This document shows, one piece after another, positions 9,714 to 18,135 of a DNA stretch of 64,000 nucleotides. Within the stretch, counting starts at the first letter, position 1, and the number at the start of each line of letters is the position of its first letter. The stretch is from an uncultured virus (IMG/VR IMGVR_UViG_3300037488_003510) (lineage: Duplodnaviria; Heunggongvirae; Uroviricota; Caudoviricetes): the IMG/VR virus record IMGVR_UViG_3300037488_003510; one strand, 5' to 3'. The notes under the pieces are model-generated. The model worked only from the letters and a program-made list of their open reading frames with translations, was not told the origin of the DNA and made no database searches. The translations under genes and the position numbers were made by a program.

Positions 9714-10736
9714 TTACAGATTTTCCAATTTAGGTGCCACATCCAATTTGCCATAGGAGCCAGAAAGCAAAGCTTTCTTCATGTCTCTTACTCTGTCATT
9801 GTACGCGGAGCAGAAGTCGAGACAGTTGCGAGAGCATATCGAATCCGCGTGGCTGTTGTGATTTTGCAACCAGAATGCTCGCTCTGTCATCATATTTGGT
9901 CCGACTTTGCCGATTGGCTTTCCGCCTTCTCGCAAGTAGATGATGCACGGGTAGTGGTACCCACCTACAACCACCATGTCGTCTAGCACTAGCGAACACT
10001 GACTTGAATTAGCCCCACTGAGACCTCGCACTGGATGACCGTTTTGCAAGCGCTTCCATCTCCACCTCAAGATCGGGTGGCGATCAAGCAAGTCATCGGG
10101 CAAGTCTGAGACGACAAGGGGAACATTCGATTGAGCAGCTGGAATCACTCGAATATCAGCAACTTCCAAAGAGTCAGCAAGATAGATGATGCCGACGACT
10201 CGCTCGATGTTTTGAGGGGTTATCACTATCCCAACAGTGCAATAAGTCTGCATTGAGATGTTCCGAATGTTGTCAGTTACTCGTTCAAAAGCATCTACGC
10301 CTCCAGCCATGGACTTTCCGTCGGCCGCGCAACAGGCGGCCAGGGAGATCGAAAAGTCATTGGCTCCTGCATCGAGGAGTTTTTGACAAGACTCGCAATC
10401 TGCCGATCCGTTGGAACTGATCGCTACGCGCTTTACCTTCTTTGACACCTTGGCGACGACTTCTGCCAAATGCGGCCATAAGGTGGGCTCACCTCCAGAG
10501 AAGCGTATCGCTTGCAAACCAGATTGAATCCAAAGGTCACAGGTGTTCTTAACCTCGACCCTCGATGCATCAGAGCATTCAATATGGCGACAGTATGGAC
10601 AACGAAAGTTGCAGCGACAAGTCGGTAGTATTTCGCATCGACTGAGACGGCTCAAATCACCCCGTGCCACACGCAAGGCTCGCTTGTCCGTCAGTGTGTA
10701 GAACCCGATCTCATCGAGCGGTTCTGAACGGTTCAC
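9714..10736 (-). CDS. Radical SAM protein (MoaA/SPASM-like, phage type)
   Basis: CNFRCPYC, RFSGGEPT and ISSNG motifs, with C-terminal Cys cluster YPCIIY..ICSRNCLDFC. Probable GTG start at 10736 overlapping the upstream stop. Confidence 0.88.
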   Translation of the reverse strand: MNRSEPLDEIGFYTLTDKRALRVARGDLSRLSRCEILPTCRCNFRCPYCRHIECSDASRVEVKNTCDLWIQSGLQAIRFSGGEPTLWPHLAEVVAKVSKKVKRVAISSNGSADCESCQKLLDAGANDFSISLAACCAADGKSMAGGVDAFERVTDNIRNISMQTYCTVGIVITPQNIERVVGIIYLADSLEVADIRVIPAAQSNVPLVVSDLPDDLLDRHPILRWRWKRLQNGHPVRGLSGANSSQCSLVLDDMVVVGGYHYPCIIYLREGGKPIGKVGPNMMTERAFWLQNHNSHADSICSRNCLDFCSAYNDRVRDMKKALLSGSYGKLDVAPKLENL

Positions 10737-10924
10737 TTCTCGCCTTCCTTCCTCAATTCCCTTTTGCCAAGAACAAGTCTCTTTGTCCATTGCCCCGCCC
10801 AGAGGAAGCTACACCAGTAAAACAAGGCACTTGCTTTGACGGAGCGGTAAAAGGTAGAAACCATGAAGGTGAGCAGACAGGTGATGAAAAGAAAGAACAG
10901 GTTAGTTGCCTTTGCTACGGTCAT
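10733..10924 (-). CDS. Small hydrophobic protein, copy 1
   Basis: Coupled to both neighbours. Duplicate of 8625..8813. Confidence 0.5.
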   Translation of the reverse strand: MTVAKATNLFFLFITCLLTFMVSTFYRSVKASALFYWCSFLWAGQWTKRLVLGKRELRKEGEK

Positions 10925-10926
10925 TT
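10772..10926. repeat. 155-bp direct repeat, copy A (partner 8661..8815)
   Basis: Manual alignment as above. Confidence 0.95.
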
Positions 10927-11424
10927 AGTCTCCTCTCTGGACTCGCACTCTCCCAGCAAGCATAGAACCTTGCGACTCATCCAGGTTTCCACTCGAAAGG
11001 ACACAGTCTGAGTTATTGACACCTTCCTCTCAAAGACGTAGCGATCTGTCACCACGAAAACGAGCAGCGGCGCAAGTATGATCAACAGGCAAGTGGCAAT
11101 CACAATCAGCAAAACCGCCAACTTGGCTATCTTCCACAGTTTTCTAGTCATTGATCTTCCTCTCGTTTTTTCCGGTGGTTTACCGGAGACAATGTTGTGT
11201 ATCAGCTGATCAGAAAGGTCTAGCACTCTCTGTATTAGACGATGAGAAGCAGTCTCCATCGGAGCAACGTCGCGCTCAAAGACATGAGCATTGACTAAAT
11301 GAAACAACACCATGGGGACGAGTAGCAGGTGAAGACCGACTACCACTAAGAAGTAGACAAAATACAATCTGACCATTCTCACGGTTTTGTTAATCATGAC
11401 TGTCATCCTTGGACTTAAACACAC
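10921..11424 (-). CDS. Membrane protein with internal two-fold duplication
   Basis: Two TM halves followed by HVFERDVAPMETASHRL and YVFERKVSITQTVSFRV respectively. Confidence 0.55.
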   Translation of the reverse strand: MCLSPRMTVMINKTVRMVRLYFVYFLVVVGLHLLLVPMVLFHLVNAHVFERDVAPMETASHRLIQRVLDLSDQLIHNIVSGKPPEKTRGRSMTRKLWKIAKLAVLLIVIATCLLIILAPLLVFVVTDRYVFERKVSITQTVSFRVETWMSRKVLCLLGECESREETK

Positions 11425-11509
11425 TGTTTACTCCTCGCGCAATGTGTACTCCTGGTCTCACCTCCGTTCGGAATCGATTTCAATCAGAAGGCCAATCGTA
11501 GTTGTTTTT

Positions 11510-12373
11510 TCATTGGTCATTGCTGACAAGTTCTCCAATGCTTGTTTTTTGGAATTGTTCGAACTGACTGCTTCTGATCGAAGTTGTTCGCTCGACAATC
11601 TTCTTTATTGGTGTGTGAAGAGCCCTTTCCACGGTCCATCCTATCCGAATCCGGGCCGCCAACGTCCCTAACTTGATCTTCCATTCGGAAGCCAATTCAG
11701 ACAGTCTTCGGTTCTCTCCCTGGAACTCAACAAACCTGGGATTCCTTTTCAATTTATGGGAGGACTTGGTCCTAACTGGGGTCCTTTGTCGGACCCTTTC
11801 ATCGACTGGAAAGTAGAGACGCAATAGCTTCCCTAATTTCTTGTGAACCTTCTTTTTGATTTGGTGTATTCTGGACGTGGTAACTCCCAACTGTCTGGCA
11901 ATCTGAGCGAGAGAGAGATCTTCGTGGTAGTATTTTCTTACAAATCGCTGATGTGTGAACGTCAGCTTGGCAACGGCGTCACACACGGCTTTCCCGGCCT
12001 CCAGTCTGAGGCACAGTGCCAAAGAATCATCGTTCTCTGGACTGTCAATAGCTTCGTCTAGTGAACAAGGTCGGACTAGGCCTACACCGAAATCGTTCTT
12101 TCCTGTCTTGAGAGCATGGCGAGCGTCTCTTGAAATGTGATCCATGAAGCGCAACTCATCCATCATGGAACCTTGAACTCTATTCGAAGCATAGTCCCAG
12201 AGGTTTTTCGTTTTGGTTGGATCGTACCTCAAAGTTACTTCCCAAAGACCGACAGTTCCGGCTGAGATTAGACACTTCTCATCCAAGACACCCCCGAACC
12301 CTCTATGGATAGAGCGAGCCATTGATGCTATTCGGGGGAGATGCTGTTTGAGGATACTGTCAAACGATTCCAT
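11510..12373 (-). CDS. RNA polymerase sigma factor, FliA/WhiG (sigma-28)-like, with extra C-terminal domain
   Basis: LISAGTVGLWE..RYDP (region 2), YASNRVQGSMMDELRFMDHISR, and YYHEDLSLAQIARQLGVTTSRIHQI (region 4 HTH). Confidence 0.88.
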   Translation of the reverse strand: MESFDSILKQHLPRIASMARSIHRGFGGVLDEKCLISAGTVGLWEVTLRYDPTKTKNLWDYASNRVQGSMMDELRFMDHISRDARHALKTGKNDFGVGLVRPCSLDEAIDSPENDDSLALCLRLEAGKAVCDAVAKLTFTHQRFVRKYYHEDLSLAQIARQLGVTTSRIHQIKKKVHKKLGKLLRLYFPVDERVRQRTPVRTKSSHKLKRNPRFVEFQGENRRLSELASEWKIKLGTLAARIRIGWTVERALHTPIKKIVERTTSIRSSQFEQFQKTSIGELVSNDQ

Positions 12374-12377
12374 GTTG

Positions 12378-12593
12378 TCACACGCGGCGGTCAACCGCCC
12401 ACAAGTACGGCTTCGCCAACCAAAGCGTTAGGCTACCATTTCCTCCTACGGTCATGGAGACCAAGGCTGCCATGGTGGCAAGAGCAACGAAAGGTAAGGT
12501 GAGTGCCACCACCAAGCCATAGTTTAGTTGACGTCTCAGACGATTCATTCTGATTTTCTTAATCACACACGGCGACTTCACGGGAACTGTCAA
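12378..12593 (-). CDS. Small membrane protein
   Basis: One hydrophobic helix. Fills the gap in the operon. Confidence 0.45.
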   Translation of the reverse strand: MTVPVKSPCVIKKIRMNRLRRQLNYGLVVALTLPFVALATMAALVSMTVGGNGSLTLWLAKPYLWAVDRRV

Positions 12594-12795
12594 CCTTTCT
12601 CGGCATGAGGCGATCTTCGTTCGTTATCACCTTACCACAAGTCGGACAGGTGGCAGGACCTGAAAGAAAGGCCGTCCGGCAGCTCCGACAGAATACGGTC
12701 CTGCGAGAACTGTCCTGGAGGATGTGGGCTGCACTCTTGGCCAACCGAAGAATTCTTCCGAGTTCGTCTTTGTTGCAATTGTTTACTCTTGGCAT
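12559..12795 (-). CDS. Zinc-ribbon protein
   Basis: CRSC...CPTCG motif, with AAGGAG RBS. Confidence 0.6.
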   Translation of the reverse strand: MPRVNNCNKDELGRILRLAKSAAHILQDSSRRTVFCRSCRTAFLSGPATCPTCGKVITNEDRLMPRKVDSSREVAVCD

Positions 12796-12893
12796 TTAAC
12801 ACTCCTTCACTCAATGGACTATCAAGACTTATCAACCCTCGCGCTCTCTGACAACTTCACGATTTTCATTTCCCCTACATCCCCCGGAGCATC

Positions 12894-13115
12894 TCATTCG
12901 CTTCGATAATTCGACAAAAGCACCGTGGCAGGTCCCTCGACGGTGACTTCTTCAATTGGACAGGTAAGAAAACTCGCTGAATTGTCAAAAGCTGCATCTA
13001 TTCTGATTTGCTTGATCGCCAGTTCTCTAGCAATTTCAGGGGATGCGGCGCGTATCATAAAGGATTCGTATTCTCCATAATCGTAGTCGTCTACACGGAG
13101 CAACCAGATCTTCAT
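12894..13115 (-). CDS. Hypothetical phage protein
   Basis: MKIWLLRVDDYDYGEYESFMIRA, with ATGA overlap. Confidence 0.65.
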   Translation of the reverse strand: MKIWLLRVDDYDYGEYESFMIRAASPEIARELAIKQIRIDAAFDNSASFLTCPIEEVTVEGPATVLLSNYRSE

Positions 13116-14218
13116 TGAAGTCTCTCCTCGAAAAGCTTCTCCCACTGCTCCGCAACCCCCCTCCATGACATATTTGTCATAGCCCAGCGGCGCCCCTCCA
13201 GGAGCTGCGCTTCCACCGTAGCTGCCTCTGCTCCCAGTGATGCCTCGAAGTGGCCTAGGAACTCATCCCTGTAGCCTTTACGGGTGTTCGGAGGGTCTAT
13301 CAGCCGGCCGTAGCGGACCGTTTCCCCCAGGGCCGCATGACGCGAGGCGATGGGCCAAGCTCCGGACGCCTGGGCTTCCATGGCTGTGATGCAAGACGTC
13401 TCGGGAAAGTTGGTGGGGTAGAGCCAATGGGTTGACCGCAGAAAGGCATTCGCCAGCTCTTGCTGCCCCACGCGGCCATGCACGGTCACGCCGACCTTGG
13501 ACATGTCTTCGAGACGATTGCGATAGAAGGCAATTGTCAACAAAGAGTCATCGTCGTGGCGCTTTTCAGCCATCTTTTGCCAAGTATCGAAGCCGTAGTA
13601 GACATCCAGAGTGGCTTCAGGCGCCATCTGTCGAATGAGGGGCCAGTAATCGAGCAGGCGATCTAGACCTCTGTCTGGAGACGACGAGTAGATAAGCTTG
13701 CAGCCGGTCTTAACTGGCATGGCGTCAACAGAACCGAACAGGCTAGGTTCGATTCCATTCCTTGTTCGGACAAATCTTTCTTCCTTGACGTGGGGATAGT
13801 AAGACATAGCCACCTTCATGGCCCAATCTGACAAACAGAAGATGATGTCATAGCGATTGAGTGTCTCATCCCAATCATCCCCTACATGAATATCGTGCAC
13901 CCACAGCACTGACAGCGGCTTCTTTCCAGAAGAAGTGAAAGGTTTGCACACTGATAAAGCTTTCAGGTGCCTTGAGGAAACAAACACATCACATTCAATG
14001 CGAAAGGGCCGACTGTCACTCGGATGGTTGCCTATGTAAGAGACACCATTGAAGGTGCCCGGTATAACATGACCGATGATAGAAACCTCGTGGTTGAGAT
14101 TAACGAGATGTTCGGCTACGCGAATGGCGGCGGTTTCTGAACCACCGATACCACCTTCAAGGATGGAGTGAGCACCCCAGGTTTCCCAGGCTGGGCCTGT
14201 ATAGATAACGATTTTCAC
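13112..14218 (-). CDS. Glycosyltransferase family 4 (GT-B fold)
   Basis: GGIGGSETA, LWVHD, TRNGI, IYSSSPDRGL and YPTNFPETSCITAMEAQASG (ExxxxxxxE). Confidence 0.92.
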   Translation of the reverse strand: MKIVIYTGPAWETWGAHSILEGGIGGSETAAIRVAEHLVNLNHEVSIIGHVIPGTFNGVSYIGNHPSDSRPFRIECDVFVSSRHLKALSVCKPFTSSGKKPLSVLWVHDIHVGDDWDETLNRYDIIFCLSDWAMKVAMSYYPHVKEERFVRTRNGIEPSLFGSVDAMPVKTGCKLIYSSSPDRGLDRLLDYWPLIRQMAPEATLDVYYGFDTWQKMAEKRHDDDSLLTIAFYRNRLEDMSKVGVTVHGRVGQQELANAFLRSTHWLYPTNFPETSCITAMEAQASGAWPIASRHAALGETVRYGRLIDPPNTRKGYRDEFLGHFEASLGAEAATVEAQLLEGRRWAMTNMSWRGVAEQWEKLFEERLQ

Positions 14219-14499
14219 AGCAATCCTTTCTTGAGCGAAAGTCCAAGGACTTCTATGTGAGACGCCATGGCTTCCAGGTTTTGGGTATCATAAACTGGAA
14301 AGCCGTCTTCAAACAAAACGTAGTTCTTCTCTCCATCGCCCTTGCAAATTGCCAGGAGACAAGCAAACCGGCTGGCAAAGCCATATGATTTGAGCATCCG
14401 GTTCAAGGAGTCAGTTTGGGAGCTTTGATAGAACTCGCACAGATCGTTCTCGCCAGTCTTGACTTGTGACGCTCCTTCTAGATGCGATTCAGAACTCAT
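14215..14499 (-). CDS. Hypothetical protein
   Basis: ORF coupled to the GT4 gene. Confidence 0.5.
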   Translation of the reverse strand: MSSESHLEGASQVKTGENDLCEFYQSSQTDSLNRMLKSYGFASRFACLLAICKGDGEKNYVLFEDGFPVYDTQNLEAMASHIEVLGLSLKKGLL

Positions 14500-14719
14500 T
14501 GCCACGGACCTCCAACTTGTAGTGACAAGGGCCGTCGTGTCCATCTGGAAGATAACACCGAAGCCCACTTTCCGATGTTCGACTGGCGCACCGACCATTA
14601 AGAGAAGGTTCTCTTCTCTCGTAACCAGCAAGTTCAGCACCATGCTTGAGCAGCTCGCCGCTAGGATCGGCTGTCAACATCCGTATCAAGTCAGCTCTGC
14701 TAACCATCGGACTGCTCAT
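14489..14719 (-). CDS. Hypothetical protein with C..C..H..H motif
   Basis: RCYLPDGHDGPCH. A similar motif (CELPDDHVGPHTC) occurs in 52734..53003. Confidence 0.55.
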   Translation of the reverse strand: MSSPMVSRADLIRMLTADPSGELLKHGAELAGYERREPSLNGRCASRTSESGLRCYLPDGHDGPCHYKLEVRGNEF

Positions 14720-14849
14720 GGGTTACTCCTTGCCTCTGGAAAACAAATCGGAAAGAGATCGCACTCCCTTGTTTTCATGAGACAGTATGCTTACAATACA
14801 CCTCAGTTCCGCTATTTCGCCCGCAAGAAAGAGCATGCGCTGTGAATCA

Positions 14850-15308
14850 TCAGGCAGACTGCTGAGTTTTTCCTTCAGTTCCACCATCAAGTCCTCTTTG
14901 GCCGTCCGGCAGTTCGATATCAGAAATTTCTCCAAATTGGGCATCATCATGCTCCTCCTCTTCCTCGTCATTGTCAATGGGTGAAATGTTCTCAGTTGTC
15001 TGGCAGCGATCTGTCGGCTGCAACGAAGACGCCTCTTCGGCTGCTTGGGACTGACGACTTTGGCAATCCAACAGTTCCTTCCAGAAGGGAACAACTAGCT
15101 CAAGAACCTGTGACGATACCTCCAAGTGGCTGTCATAGAAGCCGTAGCAGTGTGCGTGAGCCTCCGAGCAAGACTTCTCGGAACGGACGTCTACGATGAC
15201 ACCGACGTAGTCCGGCATTGCATGAAGCGACTTGATTAGGAAGTAGATGATCTCCTTAGCTTCAAGTCTTGAGAGTCCGTGGGGCAAATGGACTACAATC
15301 TTCTTCAT
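14850..15308 (-). CDS. Hypothetical protein with acidic tail
   Basis: ATGA-coupled ORF. Confidence 0.5.
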   Translation of the reverse strand: MKKIVVHLPHGLSRLEAKEIIYFLIKSLHAMPDYVGVIVDVRSEKSCSEAHAHCYGFYDSHLEVSSQVLELVVPFWKELLDCQSRQSQAAEEASSLQPTDRCQTTENISPIDNDEEEEEHDDAQFGEISDIELPDGQRGLDGGTEGKTQQSA

Positions 15309-15940
15309 GTGATTTTGTTTCCTTCCGGACAGTCTGTATTCACGTTTAGCACCTCGTGTAGCGACTGACGACTATCGTTGAGAATCGCAGGTGGCAAGTG
15401 AAACACATGCAGAACAGAGGTGATGTTTGGGCGTCCTGGCTCACCGTATCGATTTTGGTCAAAGTCACTCACGACGACGTTAAGCAGGGCACTGGCCACG
15501 ACAATTCGTTCCTGAGATGTCCAGTTGTTCGAGATAGTGTCAATCAAACCAAGCCGACCGTTTGGAGTCGCCCCTCTCCAGTAATCAAGTGTTTCCAAAA
15601 GTGACGCGAACATGTTTAAGAGTTGGCTGTGAGCCAGGGGATGGTCTTCATCCCCCTCCTTCATTTTCTCACCTACCCGACTTGGGCTGCAAGCCAAGAC
15701 CAGGGGCCATGGCCGCCCGTACCCGGAGACCAAGTGAGATCTGAAGCCGTTGAGAAAACGAGCGTCTAGGTGGAGCACATAAAACACCTTCGTCATGTTA
15801 GGTCTCACTGTGGCTAGGTGTGGCGCCAAATAGATGGAGGGTAGAATGTTGTTGAGAAGTGTATTGGCAACCGTAATTCGTTCCTCGGGGGTCCAGTTTT
15901 CGGAAACAGAAGCGAGCAAGACAGAATTGTCGGTAATCAT
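15305..15940 (-). CDS. Hypothetical protein with internal duplication
   Basis: SENWTPEERITVANTLLN..RPNMTKVFYVLHL vs SNNWTSQERIVVASALLN..RPNITSVLHVFHL. Confidence 0.65.
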   Translation of the reverse strand: MITDNSVLLASVSENWTPEERITVANTLLNNILPSIYLAPHLATVRPNMTKVFYVLHLDARFLNGFRSHLVSGYGRPWPLVLACSPSRVGEKMKEGDEDHPLAHSQLLNMFASLLETLDYWRGATPNGRLGLIDTISNNWTSQERIVVASALLNVVVSDFDQNRYGEPGRPNITSVLHVFHLPPAILNDSRQSLHEVLNVNTDCPEGNKIT

Positions 15941-15956
15941 GAGGTTTCTCCAGTGA

Positions 15957-16319
15957 CTAAACGAGTTTCAGAGCTGGCTTCGAAGAGGTGGTCTTCTTCC
16001 TCGGATCTCTTCCCGCGATGGCATGCACTGCCGACCAGGGAATAGATGTGAGAAAAGACACGTTGTCGAACGACAGAGTGGCTAAGACTCCAGTGTCGGT
16101 AATGGTAAGATCGCAGATGGGCTTTGGAAGGTTAAGTCCATACTCTAAGGTGATAGTGGTGAAGCCTCGCTTCCATTGCTCGCTCTTAAGGTGCTCGGGA
16201 ACTGCCACCTCCGGTTGGTATGACACGCGAAGAAAGACTGAGTAGAACTCTCCTAGGTATCGCTCAAAGAGCGACTTGAGCGATCTGCCGCCAAAGCCTG
16301 GAGTGAGAACGTCACTCAT
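15957..16319 (-). CDS. SspB-like ClpXP adaptor (stringent starvation protein B family)
   Basis: VAVPEHL..LEYGLNLPKPICDLTITDTGVLATLSFD..IPWSAVHAI and C-terminal tail KPALKLV resembling the ClpX-binding motif. Confidence 0.8.
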   Translation of the reverse strand: MSDVLTPGFGGRSLKSLFERYLGEFYSVFLRVSYQPEVAVPEHLKSEQWKRGFTTITLEYGLNLPKPICDLTITDTGVLATLSFDNVSFLTSIPWSAVHAIAGRDPRKKTTSSKPALKLV

Positions 16320-16542
16320 TGGCATCCTCGGTTTCGATCTCAAGCCCCCATTCGACCTCCGACAAAGCAGCGCTGGTCCAATCGATCATTTTCGTATCAC
16401 AGGCTATCGAATCAAAAATGACACTGGAAAACCCTCCCTCGAAAAAGCAACAGTTTCCTCGTGGCGCACCGTTCTGCCAATGTTTAGCGGCACAGAGAAG
16501 AGCGTCAGCTTTTCGGTTTTTCTGCCTAGTTGTCATCTTCAA
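16312..16542 (-). CDS. Small tandem paralog 1 (..EVEWGLEIETED)
   Basis: Shares LLCAAKHWQN and the C-terminal motif with its neighbours. Confidence 0.6.
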   Translation of the reverse strand: MKMTTRQKNRKADALLCAAKHWQNGAPRGNCCFFEGGFSSVIFDSIACDTKMIDWTSAALSEVEWGLEIETEDANE

Positions 16543-16754
16543 TTATCCTCGGTTTCAATTCCAAGTCCCCATTCGACCTGTGTTAAAGCGACCGAGGCCC
16601 AATCAGTAGAAGACGAGCTGGCGGGCAGCAAGTTGACGATGTCGTTACCGGCTTTGAGGTGTCCACAGCAAAGATCGCGAGAGGAGAAGTTCTGCCAATG
16701 TTTAGCGGCACAGAGGAGGAGATCTGCCAAGAGATCTCTCTTTGAGGTTCTCAT
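16539..16754 (-). CDS. Small tandem paralog 2 (..QVEWGLGIETEDN)
   Basis: As above. Confidence 0.6.
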   Translation of the reverse strand: MRTSKRDLLADLLLCAAKHWQNFSSRDLCCGHLKAGNDIVNLLPASSSSTDWASVALTQVEWGLGIETEDN

Positions 16755-16767
16755 CTGAATTTCCCTC

Positions 16768-16977
16768 CTAATTGTCCTCGGTTTCGACTCCGAGGCCCCA
16801 TTCGACCTCGGAAAGCATCGCGGAGGCTAGAATGTCAAATAACGATCCCTCTGGAAGGAGATCGATAACAGCATTAAGAAACAAATCGGCCTCACACTCC
16901 CTGATGAATCTGTCATGCTTATCCAGTTGACGCCCCAAAGACGATTTCCCAAAGACTTCTTGCGACATTTCCGGCAT
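16768..16977 (-). CDS. Small tandem paralog 3 (..EVEWGLGVETEDN)
   Basis: Shares only the C-terminal motif. Confidence 0.55.
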   Translation of the reverse strand: MPEMSQEVFGKSSLGRQLDKHDRFIRECEADLFLNAVIDLLPEGSLFDILASAMLSEVEWGLGVETEDN

Positions 16978-17392
16978 AGCCTTCCTTTCGATTCCCCTTG
17001 TTAGCGGGGCCACTACTGGCAGCCCAATCCTTGCGAGGAGGCATATCTCTCACTTTCACGAACCCAGCTGCTCGCAGGGATGCCCCACTCTCGCTCGCTT
17101 GGATATAGGTGATGACTCGTTGATACCCCATCGACTTTGCAACAGCCCGGCAAGCACCGTAGAGCATTGAATTCGCGTTCTTTTTCCCGTTGGTGCAGGT
17201 TCTGTTGATTTCCAAAGTCAGACCGTTATCGAAAGCGCGGGCCACAGGACGTCCACACTGAGCAACACCCTCCAACACGCCAGATTCCTCAACTCCGACA
17301 CAGAATTTGCAGCCTGTGGGGGGCTTGTTATGGCGATGAAATTGGGCCACGAACTCACTTGCTTTTTTGAATGTAATCGGCACAACGTGCAT
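16919..17392 (-). CDS. XF1762-family (Mom/GNAT-like) phage protein
   Basis: ASEFVAQFHRHNKP..GVAQCGRPVAR..LEINRTCT..SMLYGAC..GYQRVITY..ESGASLRAAG pattern. Confidence 0.75.
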   Translation of the reverse strand: MHVVPITFKKASEFVAQFHRHNKPPTGCKFCVGVEESGVLEGVAQCGRPVARAFDNGLTLEINRTCTNGKKNANSMLYGACRAVAKSMGYQRVITYIQASESGASLRAAGFVKVRDMPPRKDWAASSGPANKGNRKEGYAGNVARSLWEIVFGASTG

Positions 17393-17420
17393 CAGTTATT
17401 CCCTATCGATCTGATGGAGG

Positions 17421-17440
17421 GTGTGAACCGGATAAGCATG
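17421..17440 (-). promoter_or_regulatory. Repeated intergenic 20-mer, copy 1
   Basis: GTGTGAACCGGATAAGCATG, identical at 31034..31053 and with 2 mismatches at 20567..20586. Confidence 0.7.
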
Positions 17441-17473
17441 GAATCTGTCGATGTTTGATTCTCGCGACATCGT

Positions 17474-18118
17474 TTAAGTGTTCTTTCCTTGTGGGTGGGT
17501 GTCAGACGAGGCGAGGGGTCCGTCTTGGTGTTGGGGAAACCGTTCAGCAACGAGCTTCAGTAATGCCTTTTGAGCATCTTCGGATACTGACAAGATGAGA
17601 CCTGTCACCCTGTCAAACACGGCGCACGCCTCGTGAAGAGCGACACCGTTTCGATAGAGTTGCGAAAAGGCGCCAGATCCCGTGGTGAGAAAGGTGTGGC
17701 ACGGGACACACAGCTCTCCCACGAACGCCCCTTGATGCTTGCGATTTTCACAGCCAGCAACAAGACACTTCATGGGAAAATCTGTCCTGAGACTACCAGC
17801 CGAAACTGCTTCAGCTGTGTTACCTGAGAATCCTTTACTGGCTACCTCCATCCGACCTTCTCCTTTCCTCTCGACCTGATCGCTTGCTTCTTGTTTGGCA
17901 ACAATCAGCCCTTTCACGTTCCTAATGGCACTTTCCAGCACAATCACGCCAAGTGAGTTGCCAGACGACCGTTCGGCATTGCGCAGACTACACAGCATTT
18001 CCACTGACCCAGCAACTCCACGTTGGTAACCTTCTTCGTCTGCGATTGACATCCTCTCGTTGTTGCTACCGCATTTCGTGCAACCCGGAACTCCACAGAA
18101 AGTCATTTTGTCACTCAT
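17474..18118 (-). CDS. Hypothetical Cys-rich protein
   Basis: CGVPGCTKC and CLVAGC..CVPCH motifs. Confidence 0.55.
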   Translation of the reverse strand: MSDKMTFCGVPGCTKCGSNNERMSIADEEGYQRGVAGSVEMLCSLRNAERSSGNSLGVIVLESAIRNVKGLIVAKQEASDQVERKGEGRMEVASKGFSGNTAEAVSAGSLRTDFPMKCLVAGCENRKHQGAFVGELCVPCHTFLTTGSGAFSQLYRNGVALHEACAVFDRVTGLILSVSEDAQKALLKLVAERFPQHQDGPLASSDTHPQGKNT

Positions 18119-18135
18119 GTTTTCCTTTTCACTTT

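Noticed and set aside
8661..10926. 155-bp repeat pair as a diversity-generating retroelement TR/VR
   Set aside because: The mismatches are not confined to adenines on either strand, and no reverse transcriptase is present in the window.
16312..16820. Recurring ~35-bp motif as a CRISPR array
   Set aside because: The repeats are degenerate and coding, spaced more than 200 bp apart, with no cas genes.
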